Source of the DNA: Lama guanicoe | Lineage: Eukaryota | Reading direction: 5' to 3' | DNA: 60,000 bases | Assembly (NCBI GenBank): GCA_013239625.1 | Contig: MU054187.1 | Span: forward strand, 684,001 to 744,000 | Shown here: in pieces, positions 12,701 to 23,284 of the stretch | How the letters are laid out: every line of letters starts with the position of its first letter | Numbering within the stretch: position 1 is the stretch's first letter | Position numbers and translations under genes: made by a program | The notes under the pieces: model-generated | What the model saw: the letters and a program-made list of their open reading frames with translations, nothing else | What the model was told of the DNA's origin: nothing | Database searches by the model: none

Positions 12701-12874
12701 TAACAGGTAAAAGTTGGAGTTGGAGGGCGGACACCAGAAAGGTGGCAGTGAAGAATCTACACCTTGCTTTTAAGAATAAGCCAAGCCACCGAGGACTTGC
12801 TCCGAGCCGGGTGCGGCTCTGAGCATTTTCTCTGTGTCAGCCCGTCCGACCTTGCTCGAGCCCTGGGCAGTGGC

Positions 12875-12965
12875 TGTCACCGTCTCTGTTCATTTGGGGA
12901 AACTGAGGCTCAGAGAGGTTAAGTTGCTCAACATTGGGAGCAGGGGTGGAGTTTGACTTCAGAGC
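12875..12965 (-). mobile_element. MIR core fragment
   Basis: 'gggaaactgaggctcagagaggttaagttgctc' is the MIR core motif. Confidence 0.8.
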
Positions 12966-14164
12966 ATCTTTGTTTCCTTTCCAAACGGCCTGGTGGCTGT
13001 GTGTGCCACATGGGTGTGCCTGTGTGCACATGCTTGCACACGCGTGGGCTGTTTTTGGCAGGCGTGCATTTGCTGGCAGAACTCCAGTCCCAATTTCACT
13101 GGCTCTCCCGTCCCCAGGGACCATTTGTCCTCTGACACCGGCGCTTCATTTTTCACTCGCCATTTCTTATCGGCCTGCAGTCCTTGGAAAGCTATTTCCT
13201 CTGGAAGATGGATGTGAACAGTGCTTTTTGGTAAAGAGAATGTGGTTTCCACAGGCCTGAAGGCTGAGTGTTTCCAGCAGACGTGGAGACGCTGTGATTG
13301 GAGCCCCGGTCCTGCTCCGTGTCTGCTCTGCAGAGGCCTCGACTTCCTGGCCGAGGGCAGGTTCAGTTTGTGTTACTATGTGCGTGGTCAAGCAGACGTC
13401 TTCCTGCCGGAGACGTTCAAGGTGGGGACTAGGTCTGAGACGTGAACACCTGTTTGTACACTTGTGTACTTGTGAACCCTTGATGACTTTGCTTTGTCAC
13501 ACTTTCTATTCTGTTTTAGGCTTGACCTCGCTTCACTGCAAGGAATCATCTTTTTTTTCAAATCATCGGAAATTCATCCGTGTTTATAGCAAAACCTCAT
13601 CAAGTCCGACTGCTCCACGTCACACATCCTAGTGCAGCTGTAATTACGTTTGTAAAGCACGTGAAGAATCATTTGCTTAAAATGGATAACACACCCAGGG
13701 CTTGGGGCGACACAGCACATTAAAGACATGTTTCTGTGTTCAGTTATTCTTACATGCAAATCAGCACGTTCACTGCAAAACAGACTCGGTTGTTCACGAA
13801 CATCTTCCAGCGTCTTAACAGTTCAGATCCCTGGATGTGCAATTCCTCGGAGGGTCTGGCAGTAAAGCACGTTAAAGTTTATTGTGACCCAGAGTTGTCC
13901 TTCACATTGTACCCCTGCCGGTCCTGGGTCCCCCGCAGTGTCCGTCCCATGCGCACGTTGGTGTGCTTGTCAGAATCTATATTAATTATTTCCTCCTTTC
14001 TCTGCTTTCTGCGACTGTGTCACTCATTCGAGAGGCCCAGCACGGCCCTTCCAGACGCTGGGAGACTCCGGGTCTTCTTGGCCCCTGGCAGTGGCTCACA
14101 CTTGGTGGGAGTGACTTGGTGCTTCTGTTTTTCTAGAATAGACAATTCTAGAATTTTCTAGAAT

Positions 14165-16170
14165 TACACAATTAATGTTAATTCCTCTATGATGGTTTGG
14201 TGGCGTTCTTCCGGGAAACTAACTGGGCTGGAGATTGCCTTCTGGGGCTGCTTTTAGCTGCAAGTTGGATTTCCTCAATAGCTCAGAGGCTGTTCAGATT
14301 CCACGTGTCACAGTGGGTAAGTCGTGGAGTTTGTGCTTTTCAAGGAACTGGTCCACTCATCCAGGCTGCCAAGCGGGTGTGTGCAGACTGGGCCATTTCG
14401 GTCCCGGCTGCCACGCTGACACCTGCCGGATCTGTGGCAGCACCCCTCACTCCTGGCACCGGTTCGCGGACAGTTCGTGTCCTCTCTTCTCCTCTCTTTG
14501 TAGGTCTTGCTGGAGGTTTGCCAGTTTCGCTGCTCTTCCCAGAGAAAAGGCTTCTTGCCTCACGGGTTTTCTCTGTCGTTTCTGTGCTTCCGGCTCCACT
14601 GACTTCTGTCTCTTCTGCCCGTTTCCTTCCTTCCGTGAGCTTTGCGTTCACTCTTCCGGGTCCTCGAGCGGAAGCTTAGGCCGTCGACTTGGACGTTCCC
14701 CTCTTTCCTGACACGAGTGTTTAGCGCTACACACGCCCCACACATCGTAGTATGCGGCGTTTTCATTTTCGTTCAGCTCGGTGGACGCTTCGTTTCTCCT
14801 GAGACTTCCTCTCTGACCCACGGGACGTTTCAAGGTGCGCTGGCTAGTTTCCAAGGCTTTGCGGAGACCTTCCCATTCCTGACTTCCAGTCTGGTCCCAC
14901 TGTGGGCAGCAGACGTTCTGTATGATTTTACTTCCACTCCACTCACCGCTTTTGCCTTCCGGCCCAGGATACGGTCTCCCTCGCTGTGCTGACTAGATCC
15001 TGCGGGTCGGTGGTGTGCTGCGTTCAGGGTCTGCTCCCCCGCTGATGCAGCCCTGTTGTTTGGTGCACACACGTGCGGGATTGCTACGTCCTCCCGGTGG
15101 CCTGACCCTCGTATCATAATGTCACAGGTCACTTTTTTTGCTTTGAAGTCTACATTAGCTGCTATGAATATAGGTTTGACAGCTCCTTTCTTTTGATTAA
15201 TGTTCGCATGACACATCTCTTTTCCTTCTGTCTACCTATATCACCGACTTGAAATGAGTTTCTTACAGGCAGTATATGATTAGGTCGTTTAAAAAAAATC
15301 ACTGCCAATCTCTTTTAGCTCATGCACTGAGATCATGTAAGTTTAGGTAATCACTGAGTTGTTAAAGCTCAAGACGGCCACTTTATTCGTTTCTGTTTAT
15401 TCTGGTTTCCCTTCTCTTGCTTCCCTGTCCTTCCCTCCGGTGCTCACTTAAACCCATCTTTAGCACTCCAACGCAGCGCTCCCTTTTGAACGCCCTCCCA
15501 GTGACGGGTGCACAGGAATCCCGCAGTCTCCTGGGGCAGCCAGTTCACATTCGAGCGAAGTGTAGAAAGGCTGGGTCCCTTTTCTATACCTTTACCCTCC
15601 GTCACTAAGAGTATTGTTGTCTTAAGTATTTCTGCTTCTCACTTAAAGCCGTATCGAGAAGTTTTACAACTTTTGCTTAAACTGTCAGCATAACTTACAC
15701 AAGTCAATAAGAGAAGGAAAACACTGGATTTTCCACACTTTCACTCTTCCTCCTCCTTCCTGGCCTGTCCCTGGTCCGCCAGGGGCTCCGAGGACTCAGT
15801 GCTGGAGCTTTAGGTAGTCACTCTGGCCCCGCTACCCGGGCTCCCCTCTCGGTGTCTGCTGGCGTGGGTGGGTTTGGGCAGAATCAGTGGTTACTGTCGA
15901 AAAGCTCTCTGTCCTGCCAAGCTCCCCTCGCTGGTCCTCGTCTGCACCTCCAGATTCCGGATTATTCTGCCCCCAGTCTGTGGTACGAGAAGGAGAGAAA
16001 CCAGGGCACCTACTCCGCTCTGCTCACAGGTGCCGGGTCCCCGCCCGACCTGCAGTCCCCACACTTCAGAGTCTCCTTCCGTGTGTTAGCTGTTCGATGC
16101 CCACCGATTTCAGCCTCATGCACCCCATGGGAGGAAAAGGAGTCTAACTCATCCTCCCAAGAGCAGAAGT
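14165..16170 (-). mobile_element. L1MC-type element (5' end plus part of ORF2, internally deleted, 3'-truncated); left arm of the inverted pair
   Basis: L1MC-like 5' terminus at 16170 (reverse 'acttctgctcttgggaggatgagttaga'). Degenerate ORF2 endonuclease/linker motifs (..APNNRA.., ..ELNENENAAY.., ..DQFLEKHKL..). Confidence 0.8.
14349..15131 (-). repeat. Inverted repeat arm A (783 bp)
   Basis: Reverse complement of 22058-22840 (coordinate sum 37189). ORF-track translations are identical in several frames; one mismatch seen (15095/22094). Confidence 0.97.
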
Positions 16171-17239
16171 GCGGCTGTGACTGCCCAGCCTCTGCGGCCA
16201 ACACCGGGGACAACAGAGACACTTCCCTCCTTGCATGCGACTCAGGGTGGGGGGTGTGGCCTGACACTGTCCCCAGCTCACAGCCGCCACTCACCCCCCC
16301 CCCGTCCACTGTCCTTTTGTTAAGATGGGGACAGGGTTTTGGTTTCGCTTTTTGATTGTTTGGTTTAGTTTGCTGTTTTTCCAACAAGGGTCACAGCATT
16401 TCTGAGCAGTAAAGACTCAATATTTTCCCAGTTGTAGAGTGAATTCCCAATTTTTCTGAGTGAAGCTGAGAGGCATCACAGAAATAGGTCAATAATTCAA
16501 CCAAACTATCCTAAATAAATAATTCTAATTCATTAGTAGTTCAGTACAGCTCCCCCAGACAAACAAGTCACATAAACAATATGCAAATAAACAAGGAGAA
16601 CGTGAATAAGTAAGTGGAATACTTGAGCTGAGATGCCCTGGGCCTGGGGTCCCCCGCTACCAGCCAGCACCACTGGCCATGCACTGGTTGGGGCTGCCTT
16701 TGCTGCCTCCTTCACTGCCGCCTGGGTGTCCGAGGGCAGGATAAATTACTTGTTTTTTCACTAAAATGTGACTAGTGAACATCTTGTATTATTCACACCT
16801 CGTAACAAGAGGCTCCCACCAGAGACACAGACTCCTCCCACTGCACAGGTGAGAGAAACATCCAGCACAGGTGACAGGTGCCTCCTCACCTCACCAGATT
16901 AGGAGAACTCAGCTTAACAGAGATGTCTGTGGTACTCAAGGTGCTAGACTCCACAGAGAATTTTTTAATTGAGGCCCCTTGGGGAAGCAGGATAAAGATT
17001 CCCGGGGGCCTTGCTGACTGAGCCATGAAAGTGCCTGGCCCCTCGTGCAGGTCCAGACAGGGCTGTCCCGGGACCGGGGTTCACACTCCACGGGGCTCGG
17101 TGCCTCATCACAAAGGGAGGACACTCGGGCTGGACGACGACTCCTGTGCCTCTTTCCGTCCCAGTGCCTGTTCCTCAGGGCCACTCGGAACGTCGGGATC
17201 CACCAGAATCAGTGCTTCCGGGAACCGCAGCTGGAGCTT

Positions 17240-18080
17240 CTGAGAAATGCGCATCCCGGGAGGCTTCCCCGCGCATCAAGCGGACTCTCCCGGGTCAGCG
17301 GTGGGGCCCGACGATGCCGAGGAGCCGGGGGCTATGAGCGCAGGTCCCCGACGCCTCACCATGCAGGGGGCCCAGCCGAGCAGCCGCGGCGGCACACACT
17401 GCAGCCTCTCCTCCGGGCACCCCCAGCCGTCGGCCCAGGTTCCGTCCCCACGCGGGCGCACCTGCAGAGGCCCTGCGGCGCCCCCCGCCCGGCCCGAGTG
17501 GAGGCCGTGGCGCACGCGCCGTGCTCGGGGCGCGCATCCTCCCCTGCGCGGGGGTCCAGCCTGGACCAGGCTGAGGGCCCGGGAGGGCGGTGCGGGCGGA
17601 CGGCCGTGACGAGGCCCCGCCCGCGGAGCCGGGGCCAGTGCAGGGCGGCGGGGCGCCGGCCCGCCCCGAGCTCGGCCCGGACTGCGGAGAGCCGTCCGGG
17701 GAGCGCGCGCCTCCGAAGGCCACGCCGGGCGTCCCAGGCCGGGCGGGGTGGAAGCGCCTCCTTCCTCCCCTGGGCCCCGCGGGGCGCCGCACAGCCCCTC
17801 CCGCCGCGGCAGGAACCCCCGCGCAGACAGCCAGTCTGCGGCCGCGGCCCCACAGAGGGCCGCTCTGTTCCGCCGCCGAGGCGCGCTCCGCCGTCAGGGC
17901 GCGCTGGGAGGAGGGCCTGAAAGCCGTGTTTTTTTTCCCTAGAATACACAGCGCTCTTATTTCCTCGGGGGTGCGGGGACAACGGGCCCTGCGCGGACTG
18001 CCAAGCGCAGCCGGAGTCAGAGAGAACATTCATCTCCCGCGCTGGGGCGGCTGGGCCGGGGCTCCGGACGAACCCTGAAT
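17240..18080. promoter_or_regulatory. Orphan CpG island with multiple GC boxes
   Basis: Very dense CpG and GGGCGG/CCGCCC boxes; no recognisable coding exon attached. Confidence 0.8.
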
Positions 18081-18857
18081 GCCTCAATAAATCATAGTGA
18101 AAGATTAAAATAAGGCCGCGTTTGCTAAACACGTCTGGAAGGAGGCTCTCGGGCGGCTATTTTTTTCCTACCAACTGCTGCTGGGAGAGTCCACGGGGCT
18201 CTTTGAATCCAACAGAAAATGTGTTTGTTTGAGGTGGGAGACGGAAAAAAGCAGTTTGTGCTTGGAGTCTCTGTTTACATGGGGTTTCGAGGTCAAAGAA
18301 AATTCAGTTGGTAAATCTAAGTGTGTATGTTGTATTAAGTGTAAGAAACAGCAATAAAAAAACCAAGAATACTTCTCCAGGACATGTGAGTTCTTAACAA
18401 AAACGGCTGACAGGTACCCCATCATTTGTTTTCTCTTTCATTAAAGTATCAGAATCAATTTCCTTAAAAAAATCTATGAAAAAAGCCATCTTTCTTTTAG
18501 GAAATTATGAAACTCGCTTGCGAGCACTGTTGACCACCATGGACACAGAAGCCTGGAGCTGTCCGAGGACACAGGAGACACCCCAGGTCACAGTGCCCTT
18601 CTCCAGAAGCAAGCATTCCCAGTTTGTTTGGAGCAGGAGGTGAACAGAGAGCAGAGGCCCCTCTAGCCTGGCAGCCGTCCCTCCGTCCCTCTGTCCCTCC
18701 ATCCCTCTGTGAAGCTGGCCCAGCTTCCTGGGGCCCCGGGGTATCGCCCACCTGCACCACCACCTCTGTTTGCAGCCCAGGCCCCGCCACTGCCTCTGAG
18801 TCAAGACCAGGACCGGGGCTCTCCCCTCCACTGTCTGTGCCCCGCTCCCTTTAGGAG

Positions 18858-19182
18858 CTGAGTGGTGTTCCCTAAACAGTCGTGTCCTAGTCCTCCCACC
18901 CAGGACCTCAGAAGGGGACTGTATCTGGAGATGGGGTCCTTAAAGAGGCAATTATGGTAAAATGAGGTCACTGGGTGGGTCCTAACAAAATGAGCGGTGT
19001 CCGTGTAGGAAAAAGAGATTTGGACCCAGACACCCACACCATGGGAGGACGCACTGAGAAGACAGCCGTCCCAGCCCAGGAGAGACCAGCCCTGTTGGCA
19101 CCTTCTTCTGGGACGCCCCCTCCAGAGCTGCAGGGACAGACATCTGTGCTGCATTGTCACTGTCACCCTGGCAAACGATCAC
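18858..19182 (+). mobile_element. MLT1 (MaLR) solo LTR
   Basis: 'ggagatggggtccttaaagaggcaattatggtaaaatgaggtcactgggtgggtcctaa' and 'cctccagagctgcagggacagacatctgtg' are MLT1A/B-like. Confidence 0.8.
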
Positions 19183-19259
19183 AGCCTCTCCTGCTCCATG
19201 ACACATGGCTCCAGGCCACCAAAAAGAGGCGTCAAAACTCGTTCATTGGTGAGTCAGTT

Positions 19260-19520
19260 TGCTGTATATAATGCATAATAATGTAAACTGTGCAGTGGCG
19301 TGTGTGCAATGACACTGTGTACAATACGTTTAGATGCTATGAATTAATACATTAATATACTGTATAATTAATGTATAATGTATTATATAACATATTCTAT
19401 ACTGTAGTGTAACAATGCATTCTATGTGATACAGATAGACTTGTACGTTGTGTAATACAATATGCATTACATACCATAATATTAAATGTATACAAAAACG
19501 AAGTATGAGCGTGAAACAGA
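19260..19520. repeat. AT-rich low-complexity tract
   Basis: Degenerate TA/TATAA/TACA repeats. Confidence 0.7.
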
Positions 19521-19634
19521 GAGTTCCTATTTTATGCAAACCATGAAAATGTACTCAGTTCTAAAAACTTTCCAAAAGTAAGATGCTTATAAAATACTTC
19601 AAATAAAAACTGTAAAAATCAAGCTGCCTCCACT

Positions 19635-22600
19635 GGACTTGCGCTTCTGGGAAGATGTAAGGGACACGTTTTCTTCCTGCTAAGTACGAACAAAGGCAGC
19701 GAAGAGTCTCTACACACGAACAGAAAGGCAGAGAGGAGAAGGTGGACAGCGGAGAACTCAGGACCCAAGGGGAAACGGGGGTGAAGTCCTTGGGTTTCTT
19801 TTTGCCTTACATCCCAGCCCCAGAGCTGCAGATCCCGGCCACCCAGGAGTGCGAGCAGGCGTGAGCCAGAAAAGCCCCCGGAGAAGCCTGCTGTCTCGGC
19901 ACAGGACCAGGAGAGGGGCAGCCGGACGGCACGGGAACATCTAGACAACGCCCGCTGCGCTCCTTCCAAACCCCCGAGGAAAACCGTGGCCCCGGCCCCG
20001 GCCCCACCAGCAAGGGCCGAGCAAGGGGGGACCTGCTCCCCAGGCCATCCAAGTGCAAAGAGTTGCCGCGGACGCCCGGCCAGGGTGTGTCGCAAAAGGC
20101 CAGGGAGTGGGTGGGCCGAGAACTCTTCCCCAATGGGGGCATGGAGACCCCTCCTCCCTGGGGTAACGAGGAGTCCCTCCCACTCCCCATGGAGTGATGT
20201 CAAACTTTCATCACCCCGGGCAGTGACAGCATAGTCCGAGCAGGGAGCAGTGACACGGCACCCCTCTCCGTCCAGCCAGGGTGGAGGCCAGAAGCCCCAC
20301 TCCCACCCAGCAGCATGAGAAGCCCTTCCTCCTGCAGGTGCCAACCAAGGCCAGAGGGCGGCCCTGGATTTCTAGCTCACCTGGCAGGGACCAGGCCGAG
20401 GCCCCTTTCCCCTGCTGGAGTGATGTGAGAGGAAGTCAGATAAAAATAGGTTTCATGAACTTGCAGATTCTCATTATGTAATACCTAACATGTCCAAATT
20501 TCATCTGAAAATCACTCATTCTACTGACAATCAGGAACGTCTCAACCTGAATACAAAATAAGACAGTCTACAGACACCAGCACCACCATGCCAGCACGCT
20601 GGAATTATATGACAAGGATTTTACAGCAACCATCAGAAACATGCTTCAGTGAGTAATTATAAACACACCTGAAACAAACAAAAGAACAAAAAGTCTTAGC
20701 AAACAGAAGATACAAAGGGAAACAAAAGGAAATTTAGAACAGAAAAGTAAAATACCTGAAATTTTTTTAAACTCAGTACACAGACTCAACAACATGAAAA
20801 CAGAGGAAAAATCCATGAACAGGACGACAGAAATCACCCAGTCAAGACAGCGAGAAGAAAAAACAGGGAGGGGGGAAAAACGGACGTCACAGGCCCTGCA
20901 GGTGGAAAAACCTCGCATTCATGGCAAGAGTCCCTGGAAGGACGGGGGACGAGAGCGAGTCTGAAAAACTATTCAATGAAATGATGACTAAAAAATCTCC
21001 AAATTTGGCAAAAGACATAATCCTAAAGATTCAAGAAGCTGAGAAAATGCCAAACAGGATAAACTCAAAGACATCCATTCCGAAAAACATCATGGCCACG
21101 TGACGAAAGTATGAGAACAAAGAGAAAAATCTTGAAAATAGCTGCAGGAAAGAACACCTTTTCTCTGCGGGAAACACAGTCTGACGGAGAGTGAGTTCCC
21201 TCCAGGAATTAGAATCCACAGCGCTCTTTACGCAGAGGAAGAAACGCGCTGTTAACCCAGCCCCCTGTATGCGTAAGACACCTTCCAGGAAGACGGGAAT
21301 TCAAGACTTCCTCAGGCAAAGAAAAAAGAGGAAGTTACTGCTCACAGACCTCGCCTGACCGAGGAGCTGGACGAAGTTCTCCGGGCAGAAAGAAGGCTCT
21401 AGAAGAAGAGCCTTGGGCAGCAGGAAGTGAGAACAATGGAAAGAGTAAAACCACGGGTCCAGGCAATGCGCTGCGCCTCGCCTGCTGAGTTCTCTAAATT
21501 ACTCTTAGTGGTTGAAACAAAAGCTGCAACACTTTCTGATATGGCTCTGAAAGTAGGTGGAGGGAAGATTTAAGACAATTGTATTTTAAGCGAGGTTATA
21601 AATGGGGCAGAGAGGGAGGAGGAGTCTCCAAATGTTACTCAGAGTGGAAAATATTGGCACCAGGAGCCTGTGGTTAAAACAACAACAACTTCTATAAAGA
21701 AAGAGATACATTTAAAAACACAGAGATAAATCCAAATGGAAGTCAAAAAAAAGTGTTCAACTAACCCAGAGAAAGCCATGAAAAAAGACACAGAGAAAAG
21801 AAAATAAACAAACAGAAAAGGAAAATAAAATGGTAGCTTTAAGGCATAACAATGAATAATTTCATGAAATGCAGTGGTCTAAATACATCATTTAAAAGAC
21901 AAAGATTGGCCCAGTGGGTTGAAAATCATGACACAACTACATATTGCCAACAAGAAACCATACAGAAAAAGACATACCATGCAAACGTTAACTAAAAGAG
22001 ATAAGAGAGTTATATTAACATCAGATAAAGCAGACTTCCAGCAAAAAAAAAAAAAAATGACCTGTGACATTATGATACGAGGGTCAGGCCACCCGGAGGA
22101 CGTAGCAATCCCGCACGTGTGTGCACCAAACAACAGGGCTGCATCAGCGGGGGAGCAGACCCTGAACGCAGCACACCACCGACCCGCAGGATCTAGTCAG
22201 CACAGCGAGGGAGACCGTATCCTGGGCCGGAAGGCAAAAGCGGTGAGTGGAGTGGAAGTAAAATCATACAGAACGTCTGCTGCCCACAGTGGGACCAGAC
22301 TGGAAGTCAGGAATGGGAAGGTCTCCGCAAAGCCTTGGAAACTAGCCAGCGCACCTTGAAACGTCCCGTGGGTCAGAGAGGAAGTCTCAGGAGAAACGAA
22401 GCGTCCACCGAGCTGAACGAAAATGAAAACGCCGCATACTACGATGTGTGGGGCGTGTGTAGCGCTAAACACTCGTGTCAGGAAAGAGGGGAACGTCCAA
22501 GTCGACGGCCTAAGCTTCCGCTCGAGGACCCGGAAGAGTGAACGCAAAGCTCACGGAAGGAAGGAAACGGGCAGAAGAGACAGAAGTCAGTGGAGCCGGA

Positions 22601-22840
22601 AGCACAGAAACGACAGAGAAAACCCGTGAGGCAAGAAGCCTTTTCTCTGGGAAGAGCAGCGAAACTGGCAAACCTCCAGCAAGACCTACAAAGAGAGGAG
22701 AAGAGAGGACACGAACTGTCCGCGAACCGGTGCCAGGAGTGAGGGGTGCTGCCACAGATCCGGCAGGTGTCAGCGTGGCAGCCGGGACCGAAATGGCCCA
22801 GTCTGCACACACCCGCTTGGCAGCCTGGATGAGTGGACCA
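19635..22840 (+). mobile_element. L1MC-type element, 5' half (5' UTR, ORF1 remnant, ORF2 endonuclease/linker)
   Basis: L1MC-like 5' start 'gacttgcgcttctgggaagatg'. ORF1 remnant (..KLFNEMMTKKSPNLAKDIILKIQEAEKMPNRINSK..). ORF2 remnant (..ILTSDKADFQQK..). Ends abruptly at 22840. Confidence 0.85.
22058..22840 (+). repeat. Inverted repeat arm B (783 bp)
   Basis: Reverse complement of 14349-15131. Confidence 0.97.
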
Positions 22841-23284
22841 CCAGCCTTGTGGGGAGAGGGCTCGCCACCCACGTTGGCCAGTGAGATAAGGAGGGAGCTT
22901 GCTGGTGGGGTGGGGGAATCGCGTCTGGAGGCAGGAGTTTTCCTCCAAAGAAGGACCAGGTTGGGGGTGGGGGTGGGGTGGGACAGGACGCACCAGCCCT
23001 CGTGTCCCTCTGGATCTGACGGCTGAGGCTGAATGTGGTCACAGACATACTGAGGAACATCAAGAGGAAGGGACCCAGATCTCAGTATATCCCTGCAGTG
23101 TCTGTGCACCTCGCCTCCGAGGTCCTCCTCATCTGGGGACTGACTCAGGGGTTCTGTGAACTTGCAGACAAAAGCGTCCTTAACGACCCAGAGAACGCCA
23201 CTGACGCTTGTTGCCAAGGTCCTGGCCAAGTTTACTCCATGAAGCTGAGTCTGAAGGATTTGCTCCAGGGCAGAATACCATTTT

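Noticed and set aside
12417..12710. Protein-like stretch (..ELLVLNKLLKTQLGALDRS..) ending at CAG|GTAAAA
   Set aside because: No homologue recognised and no supported exon chain; it could only be rescued by RNA-seq.
13560..14130. Possible old DNA transposon remnant
   Set aside because: Too degenerate to assign by eye; no terminal inverted repeats identified.
17045..18132. 240-290-aa ORFs over the CpG island
   Set aside because: Low-complexity translations in all frames; an artefact of extreme GC content.
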